Origin: an uncultured Verrucomicrobiae bacterium
GTDB taxonomy: Bacteria; Verrucomicrobiota; Verrucomicrobiia; Limisphaerales; JAFGQR01
Assembly (NCBI GenBank): GCA_963788655.1
Contig: CAWBHS010000072.1
Location: 256,001 to 320,000, forward strand
Direction of reading: 5' to 3'
DNA: 64,000 nucleotides
The notes under the pieces are model-generated. The model had not been told where the DNA came from. It saw nothing but the letters and a program-made list of their open reading frames with translations, and made no database searches. A program made the translations under genes and the position numbers. Below, piece by piece: positions 28,212 to 39,796 of the stretch (position 1 is its first letter; every line of letters starts with the position of its first letter).

Positions 28212-29376
28212 ATGAACGCAAAACCAATCCTTCCAACCTCACGTCGTGAGTTCTTGAAAACTACCGTTGCCGGCGGCGCCGCGTTGGCCTGCGGCACGGG
28301 CCTTCTCTCCGCGGCTGAGACGTCCCCGCCACCGGCGCAGACCGCCATTCCAAGGTGGCGGGGCTTCAACCTCACCAACTTCTTCCAAGCCCTCAGCAAC
28401 GGCGAAAGCGGTCAGGGCATGGTGGCCGAAGCTGATTTGCGTTGGATGCGGGATTGGGGATTTGATTACGTGCGCCTGCCGATGGACTACTGGCTGTGGG
28501 TGGATTCCGATTGGAAACAGACGCGCAAACTCAATCCCCAAGACGTGCTCAAGATCAAGGAAAGCACATTGGCGAAGGTGGATCGCGTCGTCGAACTGTG
28601 CCGCAAACACCAGTTGCACTTGAGTGTGAACTTTCATCGCGCGCCGGGGTATTGCATCAACGATCCGGAGCGCGAACCGTTCGGTCCTGTGGCGGGACCA
28701 AGCGGCCGAGGACGCTTTTGTGCATCACTGGGATGTCTTCGCCCGGCGTTACCAAGGGGTGTCCAAGAACGAACTCAGCTTCAATCTGGTCAACGAAGCG
28801 CCCACGCCGCGGAAAGGCTACATGACTCGGGAAGACTATGTTCGGGTGATGACTCGGGCGACCAATAAAATCCGCGAGCACACTCCCGACCGCCTGGTGA
28901 TCATCGACGGCTTGAGCGTCGGCAACGAGGTCGTGACCGAAATGATTCCCACCAAAGTCGCGCAAAGCGTTCATGCGTATTGGCCGGCGGGTATCAGCCA
29001 CTATCGCGCCTCGTGGGTGGACCGAAAGAGCAGCTTTCCGATGCCCACCTGGCCACTCAAGCGGCCGGATGGTTCCATTCAAGCGGATCGCCGGAAGCTG
29101 GAAGCCCGATATGCCCCTTGGGCGGAACTGGCGCGCAAAGGTATCGGCGTGCATTGCGGGGAATGCGGGTGCTACAACAAAACGCCCTACAACGTCTTCA
29201 GCGGTTGGTTTGAGGACGTGCTGCAGATTCTCAAAGGCCACGGCATCGGCTACGCGCTCTGGAATTTTCGGGGTTCCTTCGGCATCCTCGACTCCGGACG
29301 CAGTGACATCCAATACGAAGACTGGCACGGGCATCGACTCGACCGCCGTCTGCTCACGATGCTCCAGAAATACTAA
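28212..29376 (+). CDS. Tat-exported glycoside hydrolase family 5; frameshift ~28685
   Basis: SRREFLK Tat motif, RGFNL, GFDYVRLP, H..PG, FNLVNEA (acid/base), VHCGECG (nucleophile), GYALWNF. Confidence 0.88.
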
Positions 29377-29463
29377 CCGGTGAAAGGTTAAAGCGTTGGA
29401 AGGGTAGCACGGCGGGCGGCGCTTCGGGCTTTATTTATTCCCAGGGGTGGGCATAGTGGCGCC

Positions 29464-31690
29464 ATGCATGGCCGCCTTTTGAACTTGACCACAGTTTCAC
29501 GAACCATCGTCCATTCGGCAATCGTCAGCCTGGCCGTATTGAGCTTGTCACCGTCAGTGAGCCCCGGCGCCATCAACGCCACCTCCAAATCCACCCAACC
29601 ACCCAACATCATTTTGATCATGGCCGATGACATGGGGTTTTCCGACCTCGGTTGCTACGGCGGGGAGATTCGCACACCCCATTTGGACGATCTGGCCGAG
29701 ACGGGCCTGCGCTTCACCCGGTTTTACAACACCGCCCGCTGTTGTCCGACCCGTGCGTCGCTGATGACCGGTTTGTATCCGCACCAAGCCGGCATGGGGC
29801 ACATGACCTACGATGGAATGATTCGCGGTTACGAAGGGAATTTGAGTCATGACGCCATTACCATCGCCGAAGGACTGAAGCCCGCGGGATACGCCACGTA
29901 CATGGTCGGCAAATGGCATGTCACCCGATTCACCAAACCGGACGGGCCGAAGGATAATTGGCCGCGCCAACGCGGCTTCGACCGATTCTATGGCACGATC
30001 ACCGGCGCCGGAAATTATTACGATCCCACCACCTTGACCCGCGACAACACGTTCATAACGCCGGAGAACGATCCAGTGTACCACCCCAAGCGGTTTTATT
30101 ACACCGATGCCATCACGGACAACGCGATGATGTTTATCCGCGAACATCTGCAGCGCACACCGCAAAAACCGTTCTTTTTGTATGTGGCGTACACTGCCGC
30201 CCACTGGCCGATGCAGGCCTGGCCCGAAGCCATCGCCAAATACAAGGGTATCTATGACCAAGGCTACGGTCAGGTGCGCCAGGGCCGTTTGCAGCGCCTG
30301 TTGGACTTGGGAATTATTGATCCGTTGTGGCAGTTGAGTCCCCAGGCCGGCGACTGGGAGAATGAGTCGCACCAGGCCTGGGAAACGCGCTGCATGGAAG
30401 TCTATGCCGCGATGGTGGAAACCATGGACCAGGGCGTGGGCCGAATCGTGAACACGTTGACGGCCCAGAATCAGATCGAGAATACACTGATTTTCTTCCT
30501 GCAAGACAACGGGGGTTGCGCCGAAGGTATTGGCCGCACGGATAATCCCAAGTGGCACTTGAAAGGCATCCAGCCCATGGGCCCCGACGAATTGCAGCCG
30601 AACATCTGGCCTCCCATGCGTACTCGCGATGGACGCCCGGTGTTGGGCGGGCCGGAAGTGATGCCGGGACCGCCGGATACCTACGTAGCTTACGGGCGGG
30701 CTTGGGCCAATGTGAGCAACACTCCGTTTCGTGAGGTACAAGCATTGGGTTCACGAAGGCGGGATTTCCACCCCGCTGATTGTCCACTGGCCGGCGGGAT
30801 TCAGTGCCCGCGGCGAATTTCGGCGGGAACCGTCTCACTTGATCGACATTCTGCCGACCTGCTTGGACGTGGCCGGCGCCACATATCCCGAGGAATACTC
30901 CGGACACAAGATCACCCCGGCCGAGGGAAAAAGTTTGGTGCCGGTGTTTCATCACCAACCGCTCGAACGTGAAGCCCTTTACTGGGAACACGAAGGCAAT
31001 CGGGCGATGCGCGCGGGAAAATGGAAGCTGGTGGCCAAGGGGCCCGCCGGCAAATGGGAATTGTACGACCTGAACCGCGATCGTTCCGAGTTGAACGACC
31101 TGGCCGATACCTATCCCGAACGCGTCAACCAAATGGCGGTCCAATGGGAAGCTTGGGCCCAACGGGCACACGTCCTTCCCTGGCCCTGGAAACCGCAGTA
31201 TGGCGAACAACCCAAGGAATGGGGGAGTTCAGAGACCGTGTTCGAATTAAAGCAGGGAGAGAGTCTGTCGCGCGAGAACGCGCCGCGCATCCAGGATCGG
31301 CCTTTCATGGTCACCGCGGGTATTTCCGCGATGGCGTCTGATGGGGTCCTCATCGCGCAAGGCGGTTCAGCCGAAGGTTTTGCTCTGTATTTGAAAGACT
31401 CCCATTTGCTGTTTGCCACCCGTCGTTCAGGCAAACTCACGGTGGTCAGAACGCCAGAGCAATTGCCGGCAGTCGTGACGCGCGTAGCGGCTCGGATGGA
31501 TCCGGACGGCACCGTCACGCTGTTTGCCGAAGGCGCGAAACTCATCGCGCAAAAGTCGCCCGGCCTGCTAGTGCGCATGCCCATTGACGGGCTGCAAGTG
31601 GGACGGGACGAAAAAGGCGCCGTCGGCGATTACACCGCACCCTTTACGTTCAACGGCAAAATCGCCAGCGCCTCCCTGGAGCTGTTCTGA
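29464..31690 (+). CDS. Arylsulfatase with C-terminal LamG/ConA-like domain; frameshift ~30735
   Basis: PNIILIMADDMG, CCPTRASLMTG (CxPxR), GKWH, DNGG, then YKHWVHEGGISTP in the second frame. Confidence 0.9.
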
Positions 31691-31895
31691 GATGAACCAC
31701 CGCCGACGGTCGCGGAACTCAAGGCGTGCGAACAAATCGCCAAAACGTGTGAGTCGGTGTTTGTCCGGGAAGAATCGATGGTGGCCGGCACGATGCCGTG
31801 TCATGGCCCGGTGTTTCCCGATAGTCCACACGAATGCGGGTACGGACATATCGCCTGAAGCGAGCATTTCCAAATCGCTTTGGGGGCGGCCGGGG

Positions 31896-33668
31896 TTACC
31901 GAGAGTTCCGGCAACTGATTTCCTGCACCAGGTTTTGGGGAATTTGCACCTCTCCCAAAGCCAGTTCCTCCAGGCGCAGGGCGCCAGCTTCCACGGCCAG
32001 TGTTTGTCCCATGAATACCGATCCGTCCGTCAAACGGACCTCGAATGGTGCGGCAGCAGTGTTGGGTTCGGCAAGTCGCCAGGCCGCAACATCGCCTTGG
32101 TGTTGATTGAACTCGCGCAAGCCGTAAAGCACTGAACTGACGAGCAGCTTGCGGCGTTTGATGCCGCGCACATCGCCTTCGAACCAGTCGCCGTTCTGTA
32201 GCAGAACACCGCTGCGCGCGCACGCGTCTTCAATCGTTAACGCAATCCGTGGAGGCCGAAAGGACACCAGGGCAACCTGGTGCCAAAACACCGACAATTG
32301 CTTGCCATCAGATCGCCGTAACTTGACAAGCTGATCATCCAGCGAGGTGATGGAACCGGACAAGAACGTCCCGGTCCGCAGCAAAATCCCTTTCGTCAAC
32401 ATGAGTTGCCGGTAAGGCACCGTTGCGGATTGGGAGGTCGCAGCAGGCTCCGGCACGATCCGACAATAGAATGCACTTGCCGGGATGATTTCCAGCCCCT
32501 GGCTTTGACTCGACCAACCCAGGCGCACGGAGGCGGAACCGCCGCCTTCGCGGTAGTCCATTTTTAGATCGTAACGGCGGCCAGCCTGCAAGGGCAGTCC
32601 GCCATCTTGCCGGCCCGCATCCTTTTTCAACGACCGGCGCGGAATCTCCTGGTGGTCGATCCAGAGCTTTGCCGTGTCGTCGGCATCATAATAAAAGAGG
32701 TAATTCTCGGAATATTTCGGTGCGAGCTTACCAGTCCAACGCACTGAGAAATTGTCCTGGCTCAGACGCTCATCCGGAGCGTCCAAACCCCAACCAAAAC
32801 TGATCTGGGAATCTCGGCGTTTGAAGCGCAAATCAGTCCACGTCGCCTCCGCAAAATACTCGCCCCACACACCACTAACCGTTAAAACCATCCGATCCAA
32901 AACGGCCGTGCAAGGAGCTTTGGGATTTCGGTTCGCAATGGCCAATCCGGCATAATAATCCCGATTCATCGCCACGGGCACCCGGCCGACTGATTCCCAT
33001 TTTTGACCGTCGGCGGACTTGTAGGCGGTAATCCGCTCCTTGTCCTTTTTCAATTTGATCCAGCACGGTGTAGGCGCCGGTTGCGTGAAGCGGACATCGG
33101 CGTTCTTTCCCCATTCGGTGCGGGTGCGAAACGAGTAGGTGCCATCGGCTTTGACCAGCAACGCGACGAACTTGCTGCGGCCCTGGAGCACTTCGCGTAA
33201 CATGATCCCCGCCCGGCCCTGCTTGTCGTTGCACGTTACCTTGGTCACTCGTACCGCCAGTTCGCAATCCCCGCTGACTTTGGTGCTGACCAAGTGACAA
33301 CCGTCCTCTTTTTCGCCGATGTAACCGCCACCGCCGCGCAGATACCACGTGCCATCCACCAGGCCCGTGCTGCCGGCCAAACCAACGTTGCCGACGTCCT
33401 CGGCGGTCCATCCTTCGGCGTTGAAACCACCATTGGCCAAGGCTTCGTCCGTAGCCGCGAACGTGGCCCGCGCTACTTCGGTGAAAAGAAGGGTGAGCGG
33501 ACTTTTGCCCTCGCGCTTCACGATCAACGTGTCGGGCGGAGCGAATTCCAAGTGGCCTTCGATCATTTTGCCGGAGGTTGTGTACACCAACCCGGCGCGC
33601 GCGTCGCCGTATCCTGTCAGCAGGATGATCCATACTCCCCACCAGCGTATTTTCGGAATTGAGTTCAC
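31896..33668 (-). CDS. Secreted PA14-domain protein with lectin-like (ConA/DUF1349-like) domain
   Basis: Signal peptide; AGIMLRE lectin-like segment; DNFSVRWTG.L...YLFY..ADD.AKLWID...YREGGG.ASVRLGWSS PA14 pattern. Confidence 0.8.
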   Translation of the reverse strand: MNSIPKIRWWGVWIILLTGYGDARAGLVYTTSGKMIEGHLEFAPPDTLIVKREGKSPLTLLFTEVARATFAATDEALANGGFNAEGWTAEDVGNVGLAGSTGLVDGTWYLRGGGGYIGEKEDGCHLVSTKVSGDCELAVRVTKVTCNDKQGRAGIMLREVLQGRSKFVALLVKADGTYSFRTRTEWGKNADVRFTQPAPTPCWIKLKKDKERITAYKSADGQKWESVGRVPVAMNRDYYAGLAIANRNPKAPCTAVLDRMVLTVSGVWGEYFAEATWTDLRFKRRDSQISFGWGLDAPDERLSQDNFSVRWTGKLAPKYSENYLFYYDADDTAKLWIDHQEIPRRSLKKDAGRQDGGLPLQAGRRYDLKMDYREGGGSASVRLGWSSQSQGLEIIPASAFYCRIVPEPAATSQSATVPYRQLMLTKGILLRTGTFLSGSITSLDDQLVKLRRSDGKQLSVFWHQVALVSFRPPRIALTIEDACARSGVLLQNGDWFEGDVRGIKRRKLLVSSVLYGLREFNQHQGDVAAWRLAEPNTAAAPFEVRLTDGSVFMGQTLAVEAGALRLEELALGEVQIPQNLVQEISCRNSR

Positions 33669-33960
33669 AGTGCTCTACGGATACCCATGCGTGACCGTAG
33701 CGGGTTCAACTTACAGTGCGATTCAACCACGAATATCCACTTCAGGTGTGGTTTGTTGCTGAATCGACACGGCTTAGACGGAGCGAGCAACGCAAAATTC
33801 AGGACGCGGTCCAGCCTGACGCCAGAGCGGCTTTGAACCAAGGCAAGCCTTTGGGGAACGATAGAATTGTGCGAACCTCGCTGCGGCCCGGTTGGCCGCA
33901 CGCCGAAATTGGGCGGGCTGCTGAATGGCGGGAGCGCCGCGATTCTTTAACCGTGCCAGG

Positions 33961-35139
33961 CTAATGCCCCGGTAGGGGAAAGGACGCCCGCACAGTAGTC
34001 TGTTCACCGGGGCGGCTCACCACTACAAACTGGCCACTGAGCAGTTCGGTGAGGCGCTTGGAAATGACCAATCCCAAACCCGCGCCCTGTTGTTCGTAGG
34101 TTTGCCGGTCGAATTGCATGTGCGGTCCGATCCGGGAAATTTGTTCGGCGGTCATACCGCGTCCCAAATTGGTGACCGTGAAATGGAACCGATTGTCCGC
34201 CACTTCGGTTGCCACCCTGACGGGGGTGCCGGATTCGGAAAACTTGAAGGCGTTATCCACCAGTTCCTCCATGATTTTCGAAAGATTATCCTGGGGGATC
34301 AAGACATCGGCTGGGGTGACTTCCAGACACGAATCCGCTTCCCGTTTGAAGCGTTTGGCGATCTTTTGAGCCAATTCCGCCACCACTTCCTCGACCGCCA
34401 CCGGGCTGGCCATACCGGCGAGTTCAATCTTTTTGGATTCGCTGGCCATGAGTTCGATTTGGGAAAACACTAGGAAGTTCTCGATCAACCGGTGCAAGCG
34501 CATCGCCGATTCGTGAATGAAACTGGCCGTCTCGAATATTTCTTCCGGCGGCAAGGAGGCGTAGTCCTCGATCAGGATTTGCGCCAGTCCCACAATACCG
34601 TTGAGGGGGGTCCGCAATTCGTGCGGTAACGCCAGCGAAATGTTGCCGCGGAGTTCATCGAGTTTCTTTTCGGACTGCCTTTGCACTTCGGCTTGTTTCT
34701 CCAAACGGGCGTTCACTGCCGCCATCAATTCCTTGTGCGTAAACGGTTTGGTTAGGTAATCGTCGGCTCCCAGATCCATGCCTTTGCGCATGTTGATTTT
34801 GTCCGCCGCGCCCGATAGAAAAATGAACGGGATGGTGGCCGTAGCCTCGTCCTGCCGCAGCGCGGTCAAGGTTTCGTAACCGTCCATCGTCGGCATGGTG
34901 ACATCACAAATGATCAAATCCGGATGATGCTGCTTGGCCATCTGGATACCCGTCCGGCCGTCTTCCGCGACGTAAGGGGTAAAGCCGAACATGCTGAGAT
35001 ACTCAGAAATGACGACCAAAATGTCCGCCGAGTCGTCAATCACCAGGACTTTCTTGCCGGATGCACCAAGGCTCGAAGGATCCAATGAGGCGTCGGAATC
35101 GCTCGTTTGGGGATAAGGTTCCTGGGGATCGGGAATCAT
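33961..35139 (-). CDS. Cytoplasmic hybrid response regulator / histidine kinase (REC-HisKA-HATPase)
   Basis: VLVIDD, IICDVTMP, GADDYLTKPF, PHELRTPLNGI, ELVDNAFKFS, GAGLGL. Confidence 0.92.
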   Translation of the reverse strand: MIPDPQEPYPQTSDSDASLDPSSLGASGKKVLVIDDSADILVVISEYLSMFGFTPYVAEDGRTGIQMAKQHHPDLIICDVTMPTMDGYETLTALRQDEATATIPFIFLSGAADKINMRKGMDLGADDYLTKPFTHKELMAAVNARLEKQAEVQRQSEKKLDELRGNISLALPHELRTPLNGIVGLAQILIEDYASLPPEEIFETASFIHESAMRLHRLIENFLVFSQIELMASESKKIELAGMASPVAVEEVVAELAQKIAKRFKREADSCLEVTPADVLIPQDNLSKIMEELVDNAFKFSESGTPVRVATEVADNRFHFTVTNLGRGMTAEQISRIGPHMQFDRQTYEQQGAGLGLVISKRLTELLSGQFVVVSRPGEQTTVRASFPLPGH

Positions 35140-35444
35140 GATCGGTTGACAGCTATTAGACCAAAAACAGACAAAATGTCGTGGCCGCCCGTGTTTCCTG
35201 GGCCACTCGGCCAAGGGGCATCAACGGGCGAGATCCAGTCCCGCGCACAAACTTGACAGGCATGAGCCACCAATGGAGTTTCCATTCCTCCGACTTTGAG
35301 CAAAAGAAATGCCGCTTGCCGCACAGATCAAATTACCCGGAACGAGGGACGCCATAACCGGCCGAAACGACTCAGTAGAATCCCGCAAAACCGTGGCTGA
35401 TTGATCTCGAATTGGTGTCGAGCGGACGATAATTTGGCTCCCGC

Positions 35445-36077
35445 ATGAATCCAGAGAATCCAACTCCAGCGGTGCCCGGCGCCCGCTTCGAGACGGCCAT
35501 TCGTCGTTTCGATGAAGAAAATGCCCACGATCCCAACACCACGTTTGCCGACGGCAGGTCCTGGCCGCGCGAATTGTTGTATGCGCACCGAATGTCCAAC
35601 TGGGTGCAGAAGCTTTGTCCCGAAGCCTCCGAGGCGCTTCGCCTGGCCGCCCGTTGCCAACACATCTGCCGTTGGTCCATCCCGCGCAGCCAATTCCCGA
35701 TGACGCGCGCCGGCTACTTGAAATGGCGGACCGAACTCAAGCAGTTTCACGCCCGTAAAGCGCGGGAAATTCTCACCGAGATCGGTTATCCGGAGGTAGC
35801 TATAGCCCAGGTCGAAGCGCTTAATCTTAAGCAACTTTTCCCCGACGATCCCGAAAGCCGGGTATTGGAAGATGCCTTGTGCCTGATCTTCCTGGAATAT
35901 CAACTGGCGGAACTGGCGCCGCGTTCGACCGAGGACAAAATGATCAACGCGCTCCGTAAATCCTGGGACAAAATGACGCCGATAGCGCGGGAGATCGCTC
36001 TCAAACTACCGCTGGGGCCGGCGGAAAAGAAATTGGTGGAGAAGGCGCTGGGCGGTGGACTGGGTGACGCTCAGTAG
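35445..36077 (+). CDS. DUF4202 family protein
   Basis: FDEENAHDP, P.ELLYA.RM..W, LAARCQHI.RW.IPR..FPMTRAGYLKWR, LEDALCL.FL. Confidence 0.85.
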   Translation: MNPENPTPAVPGARFETAIRRFDEENAHDPNTTFADGRSWPRELLYAHRMSNWVQKLCPEASEALRLAARCQHICRWSIPRSQFPMTRAGYLKWRTELKQFHARKAREILTEIGYPEVAIAQVEALNLKQLFPDDPESRVLEDALCLIFLEYQLAELAPRSTEDKMINALRKSWDKMTPIAREIALKLPLGPAEKKLVEKALGGGLGDAQ

Positions 36078-36218
36078 CGGCGACGAAAGTTGAGGGGATA
36101 AAGCGATGAAGCATGAATAATTGAAGCGGCAGCGAATTTGCGCTTGGCGTGAATCTTTGGACGCCGGATCGAAGGTGCCAAATGGACGCTTGTGTGGGTG
36201 CTGATGGAGAGTTAAATT

Positions 36219-36842
36219 ATGAACGATGAAATTGCGGACGGATCTTCTGGAGCAATTGCGGGACGAGGACATCCTCGAGGAAGTCCTGGCGAACAATCCC
36301 CGCTACAAACCCGCGCCCAATTTCTCAAAAACCGGAGTTGGGAGCTTGTCGTCAGCCTCAACCAAGCAGCGTGCGCAAGAGGTCGAGCGCAACACGGCCT
36401 TAATCCGGAGACTCACGAAGCGCTTGCCACAGAATGGCAAGTCACGCAAAGCCGGATCCTCTAACTCGACGAAACCTTAGAATTCCTGCGCCGCTGTCAT
36501 CGGCGGGCGCCATTTCTTTTCTTCAATGGCAACACGTTTGCCGACTTGGGGCGACGCATTGCGGCTGCTCTGTTTGCTGAACTCCCTGCCACCCGGTTGC
36601 GTGAAGTCACCTCCGCCATTGCTCACTACATCGCTGGCGTGCTCGATCGCGAATCAATGGTCGCTATTGTCGAAAGCCTTTCCACCGCCGCTGACTTCCA
36701 ACCCGGCGACCGGGTTAAAACATTCCGAGGTACCCTCCATGGGATCATTGTAAGAATCTTGGCGGATGGACGGGTGGTTTGGCGTCCGGATGGCGGCCAC
36801 AATGAATTGACTGCGTTGCCGGAAAGTCTGGTACGAGAGTAA
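36219..36842 (+). pseudogene. Fic/Doc-like protein with C-terminal SH3/KOW-like domain, interrupted by TAA at 36462-36464
   Basis: ORFs 36219-36464 and 36546-36842 are one frame; read-through gives FLRRCHRRAPFLFFNGNTFA and FQPGDRVKT...G.IVRI..DGRV.W. Confidence 0.55.
36226..36480 (+). CDS. Small protein overlapping the Fic/Doc-like frame (possible antitoxin-like partner)
   Basis: 84-aa ORF with helical N-terminus MKLRTDLLEQLRDEDILEEV; ggag lies upstream. Confidence 0.45.
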   Translation: MKLRTDLLEQLRDEDILEEVLANNPRYKPAPNFSKTGVGSLSSASTKQRAQEVERNTALIRRLTKRLPQNGKSRKAGSSNSTKP

Positions 36843-36864
36843 TTCTCGAACGGAGCGCAATCAG

Positions 36865-37013
36865 TCGCGCCAGCGTTTGGAGTGCGTCCGGCTTGCCGGC
36901 GCTTTCGACGAACGGTGAGCGGACACATCCTCCGGGGGCACTGCATTTACCCTTCAGCGCACCAGGAGCATCGAAAGCGGGAGCAAGCTCCGCGCACTCC
37001 AAACGCTGCGCGA
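36865..37013. repeat. REP doublet, family G
   Basis: tcgcgccagcgtttggagtgcgtccggcttgccggcgcttt / aaagcgggagcaagctccgcgcactccaaacgctgcgcga; copy at 44656-44762. Confidence 0.8.
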
Positions 37014-37131
37014 CTTTCAGAGGCCACTCGCATGTTGATTGCGCTGCACACTTCTTCACGCACTGAGGCTCGCAACGGAGTGAAGTGCCACCAAACATTT
37101 CAAACTGACGAAGCTGCCAAGCTGCCACCGC

Positions 37132-38400
37132 CTACTCATAACGCAGTGATTCTATTGGATCGAGATTGGCGGCTTTGATGGCGGGGTAGGTGCCAAAGAC
37201 AATTCCCACCAGGGAGCAAATCAACAAGCCGATCACGGTCCAATCCACGGGAATGACCGGTGAAACCTTCAGCAGCCAGGCTGCCACGTTGCCGCCGGCA
37301 ATCCCGAAGGCCACACCCAACACGCCACCGACCTGGCAAATTACGATGGCTTCCATGATGAATTGGGTCAGAATGTTGCGCTTCTTCGCGCCCACCGCCC
37401 GCCGGATACCAATTTCCCGCGTCCGCTCGGTCACCGACACCAGCATGATGTTCATGATGCCAATCCCGGCCGCCAACAGGGCAATGGAACTGATGACCGT
37501 GGCCCCAACCCGTACCGCCAGGGTCACCGACCGGAACTGCGTGATCAGCGAGTCGTTGGTATAAATCTCGAAATCGTCCGGTTCTCCGGGCGGCACTTTG
37601 CGGATGGTGCGCAACGCGCCCCGAGCTTGTTCGATGGCGTCGTCCAGCACGCTCGGGCTCCGCGCCTGCACCAGGATGTTCACACTGCGTTCCTGCGCGG
37701 CGAATTGGCTGAGCCCGGTCGTGATCGGGATGGCCAGGAAATTATCCTGATCACCCCCCAGCGTTTTGCCGCGGGCTTCGAGCACACCGATCACCGTGTA
37801 ATTGATCCCGCGGAACTTGACCTTCTGCCCCAGACTGGATCCGAACGGAAACAGTTGTTCGGCCAGTGTGTTCCCCAGCACGCAGACATTTCGCCGACCC
37901 TCCACATCCAAAGGCATGATGGCGCGGCCATTTTCAATGCTCCAATTTTTGGCCGCAAACGCTTCGGGGCTGACCCCCAGCATGGCTATTTCCGGATCGG
38001 TGGCTTCGAACCGGGAAATGGCTGCGTCGCGCCAAAGCCGCCGTTCCACAGCCACGAAGGCGGCCAAGGTGGCTTTGTCACGAAGCGCTTGGGCCTGGGC
38101 ATACGTTATGTTTTTTCGTCGCCAAATCTTTTCCCAGCCTTCGCGATCCGAAACATGGATGACCGGAAATTTCTGGATGCTAAACGTTTGCGTGCCGAGT
38201 TGGCTGAGTTCGTTTTCAATGTTCGACTGGAGCACCCGGATTGCGGTCATGACCACGATGATCGAAAACACTCCCACCAAAACGCCCAGGAGCGTTAGGG
38301 CCGAGCGCAGCTTGTGTGCCGCCAGGGCGCCCATGGCCATGAGAAAACTCTCGTGAATTTCGGCCCGCAAAATGGACAACAAGGAACGACGGGTGCTCAT
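37132..38400 (-). CDS. ABC transporter permease, MacB/FtsX family
   Basis: [52 protein letters not shown]. Confidence 0.93.
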   Translation of the reverse strand: MSTRRSLLSILRAEIHESFLMAMGALAAHKLRSALTLLGVLVGVFSIIVVMTAIRVLQSNIENELSQLGTQTFSIQKFPVIHVSDREGWEKIWRRKNITYAQAQALRDKATLAAFVAVERRLWRDAAISRFEATDPEIAMLGVSPEAFAAKNWSIENGRAIMPLDVEGRRNVCVLGNTLAEQLFPFGSSLGQKVKFRGINYTVIGVLEARGKTLGGDQDNFLAIPITTGLSQFAAQERSVNILVQARSPSVLDDAIEQARGALRTIRKVPPGEPDDFEIYTNDSLITQFRSVTLAVRVGATVISSIALLAAGIGIMNIMLVSVTERTREIGIRRAVGAKKRNILTQFIMEAIVICQVGGVLGVAFGIAGGNVAAWLLKVSPVIPVDWTVIGLLICSLVGIVFGTYPAIKAANLDPIESLRYE

Positions 38401-38416
38401 ACGGTGATCCCCTCCA

Positions 38417-38534
38417 CGTAGGACAGCCGTCCCGGCTGTCTCGAATGGCAAACGGCGCTCAACCACTGCAGGACGTTTCGTGACGAAAGGACCGACGTTG
38501 GGAAGTTCGAGACAGGCGAGACGCCTGTCCTACG
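38417..38534. repeat. REP doublet, family B
   Basis: cgtaggacagccgtcccggctgtctcgaa / ttcgagacaggcgagacgcctgtcctacg, between the two permeases. Confidence 0.8.
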
Positions 38535-38575
38535 GCCAATGCCGCCCAACCGTTGGGTAACCCGAAGCGCCGTTC

Positions 38576-39796
38576 TCATTCCGCCCTCAACGCATCCACC
38601 GGATTCATGCGCGCGGCGCGGTAGGCTGGCATGAATCCGGAGATCAATCCCGTTAACAGCGCCGTGGCCATCCCAATCGCCGCGACGTGCAGCGACATGG
38701 AGGCCGGGATGAAATTCTTGATGATGAGACTCGCTCCGAACGCGATCCCTAATCCCAGGATGCCTCCAACCATACAGATCAAGGCCGCTTCGATCAGGAA
38801 CTGGATGAGGATGGTCCGGCGTTTGGCGCCAATGGCTTTGCGAATGCCGATCTCCCGAGTCCGCTCGGCCACCGAAACGAACATGATGTTCATGATGCCG
38901 ATCCCGCCCACAAACAGCGACAAACCGGTGATGAACAGCCCCACCGAAGCAATGATGCCGGAAACCTTCTTAAAGCTGGTGATGATCATCTCCTGTTGAT
39001 TGATTGCAAAATCATCTTCCTGACCGGGCGGCACGCGCCGGATTTTCCGGAGGATGCCGCGTAATTCTTCTTTCGCCTCGCCCATTTGCGCGGCCTCGCG
39101 CACCTTGACCATGATCATCAAATATGGGTGCCGGGAGAAATCGCTCACAAACCGCGTGATGGGAATGATCACTTGGTTGTCCATGTTGGCAAAGAGGAAC
39201 TGACCGAATTTGTCGAGCACGCCAATCACTTCGAAATTGATGTCGCCGATTTTGATCCGGTGACCGATGCCGGATTGGCGCGGAAACAACTGCGACGCAA
39301 TTTCCGCGCCCAATACGCACACTGGCCGCGCCCCGGCGACTTCGGCGGCGCTGAAAAACCGTCCCTCGGCGATGGTGAGTTGGCGCACCAGAGCGCTTTG
39401 TTCACTGTTGCCGGCAATCCAAACACCCGGGGCCGTCTTGTCCCGGTAACTGACCGTTTGCGTCGTCGAGGCCTCCACGCTTACGGCCAGGGCGAATTTG
39501 GATTCGCGCGCAATGGTTCGGGCGTCTGACAGTTCGAGGTTCCGCCGGTTGCGAATCTGCCACCAGGCCTTGGTGCGTTCCCAAGGAAACTTCTCGATGA
39601 AGAACACGTCCGAACCCAGTGCCGAAATGCTGCGCAGAAACGACTGGTTCAAGCCTTCAATGGCCGTCGCCATCAGGGAAACCGTCAAGATGCCAATCAC
39701 AATGCCCAGCGTGGTCAGGACAGACCGCATTTTGTTCGCCCCAATGGCAGTCCAGGAAATCTTCAAGCCCTCGCCCAGTTCAGCCCACAGGTTCAT
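38576..39796 (-). CDS. ABC transporter permease, MacB/FtsX family
   Basis: [52 protein letters not shown]. Confidence 0.93.
   Translation of the reverse strand: MNLWAELGEGLKISWTAIGANKMRSVLTTLGIVIGILTVSLMATAIEGLNQSFLRSISALGSDVFFIEKFPWERTKAWWQIRNRRNLELSDARTIARESKFALAVSVEASTTQTVSYRDKTAPGVWIAGNSEQSALVRQLTIAEGRFFSAAEVAGARPVCVLGAEIASQLFPRQSGIGHRIKIGDINFEVIGVLDKFGQFLFANMDNQVIIPITRFVSDFSRHPYLMIMVKVREAAQMGEAKEELRGILRKIRRVPPGQEDDFAINQQEMIITSFKKVSGIIASVGLFITGLSLFVGGIGIMNIMFVSVAERTREIGIRKAIGAKRRTILIQFLIEAALICMVGGILGLGIAFGASLIIKNFIPASMSLHVAAIGMATALLTGLISGFMPAYRAARMNPVDALRAE

Noticed and set aside
33716..33770. Possible riboswitch upstream of the PA14 gene
   Set aside because: Only a short imperfect stem (cgattca/tgaatcg); no riboswitch consensus recognised
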